Assembly: GCA_030704615.1 (NCBI GenBank)
Contig: CM060734.1
Coordinates: 47,244,001-47,308,000, forward strand
Origin: Takakia lepidozioides
Taxonomy: Eukaryota; Plantae; Bryophyta
Direction: 5' to 3'
Length of the DNA stretch: 64,000 bases
Made by a program: the position numbers and the translations under genes. The notes under the pieces are model-generated. The model had not been told where the DNA came from. It was given only the letters and a program-made list of their open reading frames with translations, and searched no databases. Positions 62,401 through 64,000 of this stretch are shown in pieces; position 1 is the stretch's first letter; the number at the start of each line of letters is the position of its first letter.

Positions 62401-63862
62401 GATGTCCAGAATCCGCCCTTGGACATCCGAGCACGTCTCCATGAGGGTTTGGATGAAAGCAGGGCTCCGGGTCCGGCTGTACCGCCACGGTTTGCCTGTC
62501 TTTGTGTCCTTCGGCATACTGGAGTGGGGCACATAGTTGTAGAGGACATCGTAGGTTACAGGGTCCACAACGGCATCAACAAGACGACCGTCGTTGCGGA
62601 ATTTGAACGTAGACCCTCTCTTCACAAAGCAATATGCCTCAAACACCAATGTCTGCACATCCAACAAAGAAGGGATCAACTCCAGGGTCTACTTAACATA
62701 CACCACAATATGAAGTGAATGCAATAGATTGATAACTTACACTTTGGCCCTCTGTTCGCAACCCCTGTGTACTGATGCAGAACCATTTTCTGAGGAGGAC
62801 CGGGGTGACACTTTTCGGTGTCCACCTTGCCACCGCATTCTCTGTGGTCTTCCCTCTCGTGGCAAGGACAACCACACATCCACCGTCATCCAGAAGCATC
62901 CCCGCCAGCCCAAACCCGGCTTTCCAGTAGTCCTCAGTAAACCTGTTCCAGGTGGGCACACCATCCAGGCCCTCCAGCAGCTCCCCATCTGGAATGTCGA
63001 GGAGAATCATGTTGCAAGCTCTCTCCACCTCAACCCCCCTCCCCCCCCCCCCCCGAGTGCTCTTGCAATTCGTGCTCACAGCCGTGAAGAATTCCATCAT
63101 GGCTTCAAAACCAGGGGTGTCTTTAGGCTCTGTACCGCCAGCCCTCTTCTTGGCTTTCCCCTTCTGCTCCGCCAGAGACTTGCTGTGTGCCACCTTCTTC
63201 ACAGCGAGAGCGTCAAGGAAGCTCTCATTGACGCATTGGATGATGGTTGGAGGTTCTAGCTTTGGCCTATGCGTAAACGTCACCGCCGTGTAGGCTCGCC
63301 CTCAAATGCCAACTTCTTGGCAGAGCCAGTCCCACTCCGAACTGACTTGGGAACCCGGACGACCGGTGACTGGGTAGGAGCAATAGCAGTCGCAGGACCT
63401 TGAACAAAGTCGTCGTCCGAGTCACTCTCTTGGGTCCCCTCCTGCGCCTCCTCCGATGCCCCGATGGTTTTCTTCTTTTTGGGTGTTACTGCACTCACCT
63501 GTTTCCTTGTCCTTTTCCTTTGGCCTTTACTCTTCTCATGCAATTTCTCCTGAATTCCTGCCTGAGCAAGCTCTGCCGCTTTCCTGGAGTTCACAAGCGC
63601 TTTTGCCTCTTTTGCACCCAACGGAGGCAGCGGAGCCCGGTTTCGTCGGAATTCAGCATCCAGCTTCAATTGAAACTCGGATGGGTCGAGCGAGCTGGGC
63701 GGAAGGTCCACATACCAAGGGCAATCACGCGAATGTTCCAGATGCCACTCCTTCACAATATCGTCAGTGTACATGGAGTCAGCCCCAGGGTTCCTCCATG
63801 CCAGGAAGAATGGTGGCTCGAAAGACAGATGACCTTTCTCCAAAATGGAGAACTTGCAGTAC
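62401..63862 (-). pseudogene. MTase copy 2, 5' half: exons 63862-62741 (frameshift ~63283) and 62652-62401
   Basis: ACNMILLDIPDG (motif IV, 62987-62998) ... TWN ... YWKAGFGLAGMLLDDGGCVVV ... RKWF ... S|TLVFEAYCFVKRG ... KPWRYSRTRSPAFIQTLMETCSDVQGRILDI. GTAAGT...CAG intron at 62740-62653. Confidence 0.85.
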
Positions 63863-64000
63863 CTGCATTCATGAAAAACACAATGAGGTCCCTGAAATGC
63901 ATATTCGGCACCATTTTCCCAGGTTGGGGCGGATGTGAGTGGGCCTAGAAATGGAAAAATGGCGCCGAATTTCGGTTTTCGGTGACTGCCACCCTAGGGA

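Larger units (their letters stand above)
61242..64000. mobile_element. TIR DNA transposon copy 2 (same family as 30657-38270), inserted in Gypsy gag; its end is flipped by an inversion and it extends beyond the window
   Basis: TIR GCTCATGAAATAGCAGCCCCC at 62328-62348 with GCTCATG subterminal repeats. MTase gene collinear with copy 1. GGC(G/A)CC motifs at 63907 and 63961. Confidence 0.88.

Overview
Repeat-dense nuclear DNA from a non-seed land plant, most likely a moss or lycophyte (inferred from a type D nsLTP, a PLS-class PPR fragment, and a cox1 NUMT with unedited codons and an intron at position 323). Only one gene looks intact: the nsLTP at 21880-22318. The rest is nested transposons: three diverged CACTA/EnSpm-type transposase relics, a non-chromovirus Ty3/Gypsy element with a large extra ORF, MITE-like pieces, tandem and inverted repeats, and host gene fragments. 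The main result is two diverged copies of one TIR DNA transposon family. Copy 1 (30657-38270) has both TIRs and a 10-bp TSD; copy 2 runs from ~61242 past the window end. Both carry an intron-containing gene for a prokaryote-type beta-class N6-adenine/N4-cytosine DNA methyltransferase, with splice sites conserved between the copies. Copy 1 also carries a SWIM zinc-finger gene, an orphan ORF and about 40 copies of a palindromic TTTCGGCGCCGAAA motif at a fixed ~63-bp period, mostly at the 5' ends of its genes. This suggests a transposon-borne, sequence-specific DNA marking or anti-silencing system. Both MTase copies here are broken: copy 1 by a deletion, a stop and frameshifts; copy 2 by frameshifts, a stop and a 1.16-kb inversion through motif I. 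All protein assignments are by-eye motif recognition; no searches were run.
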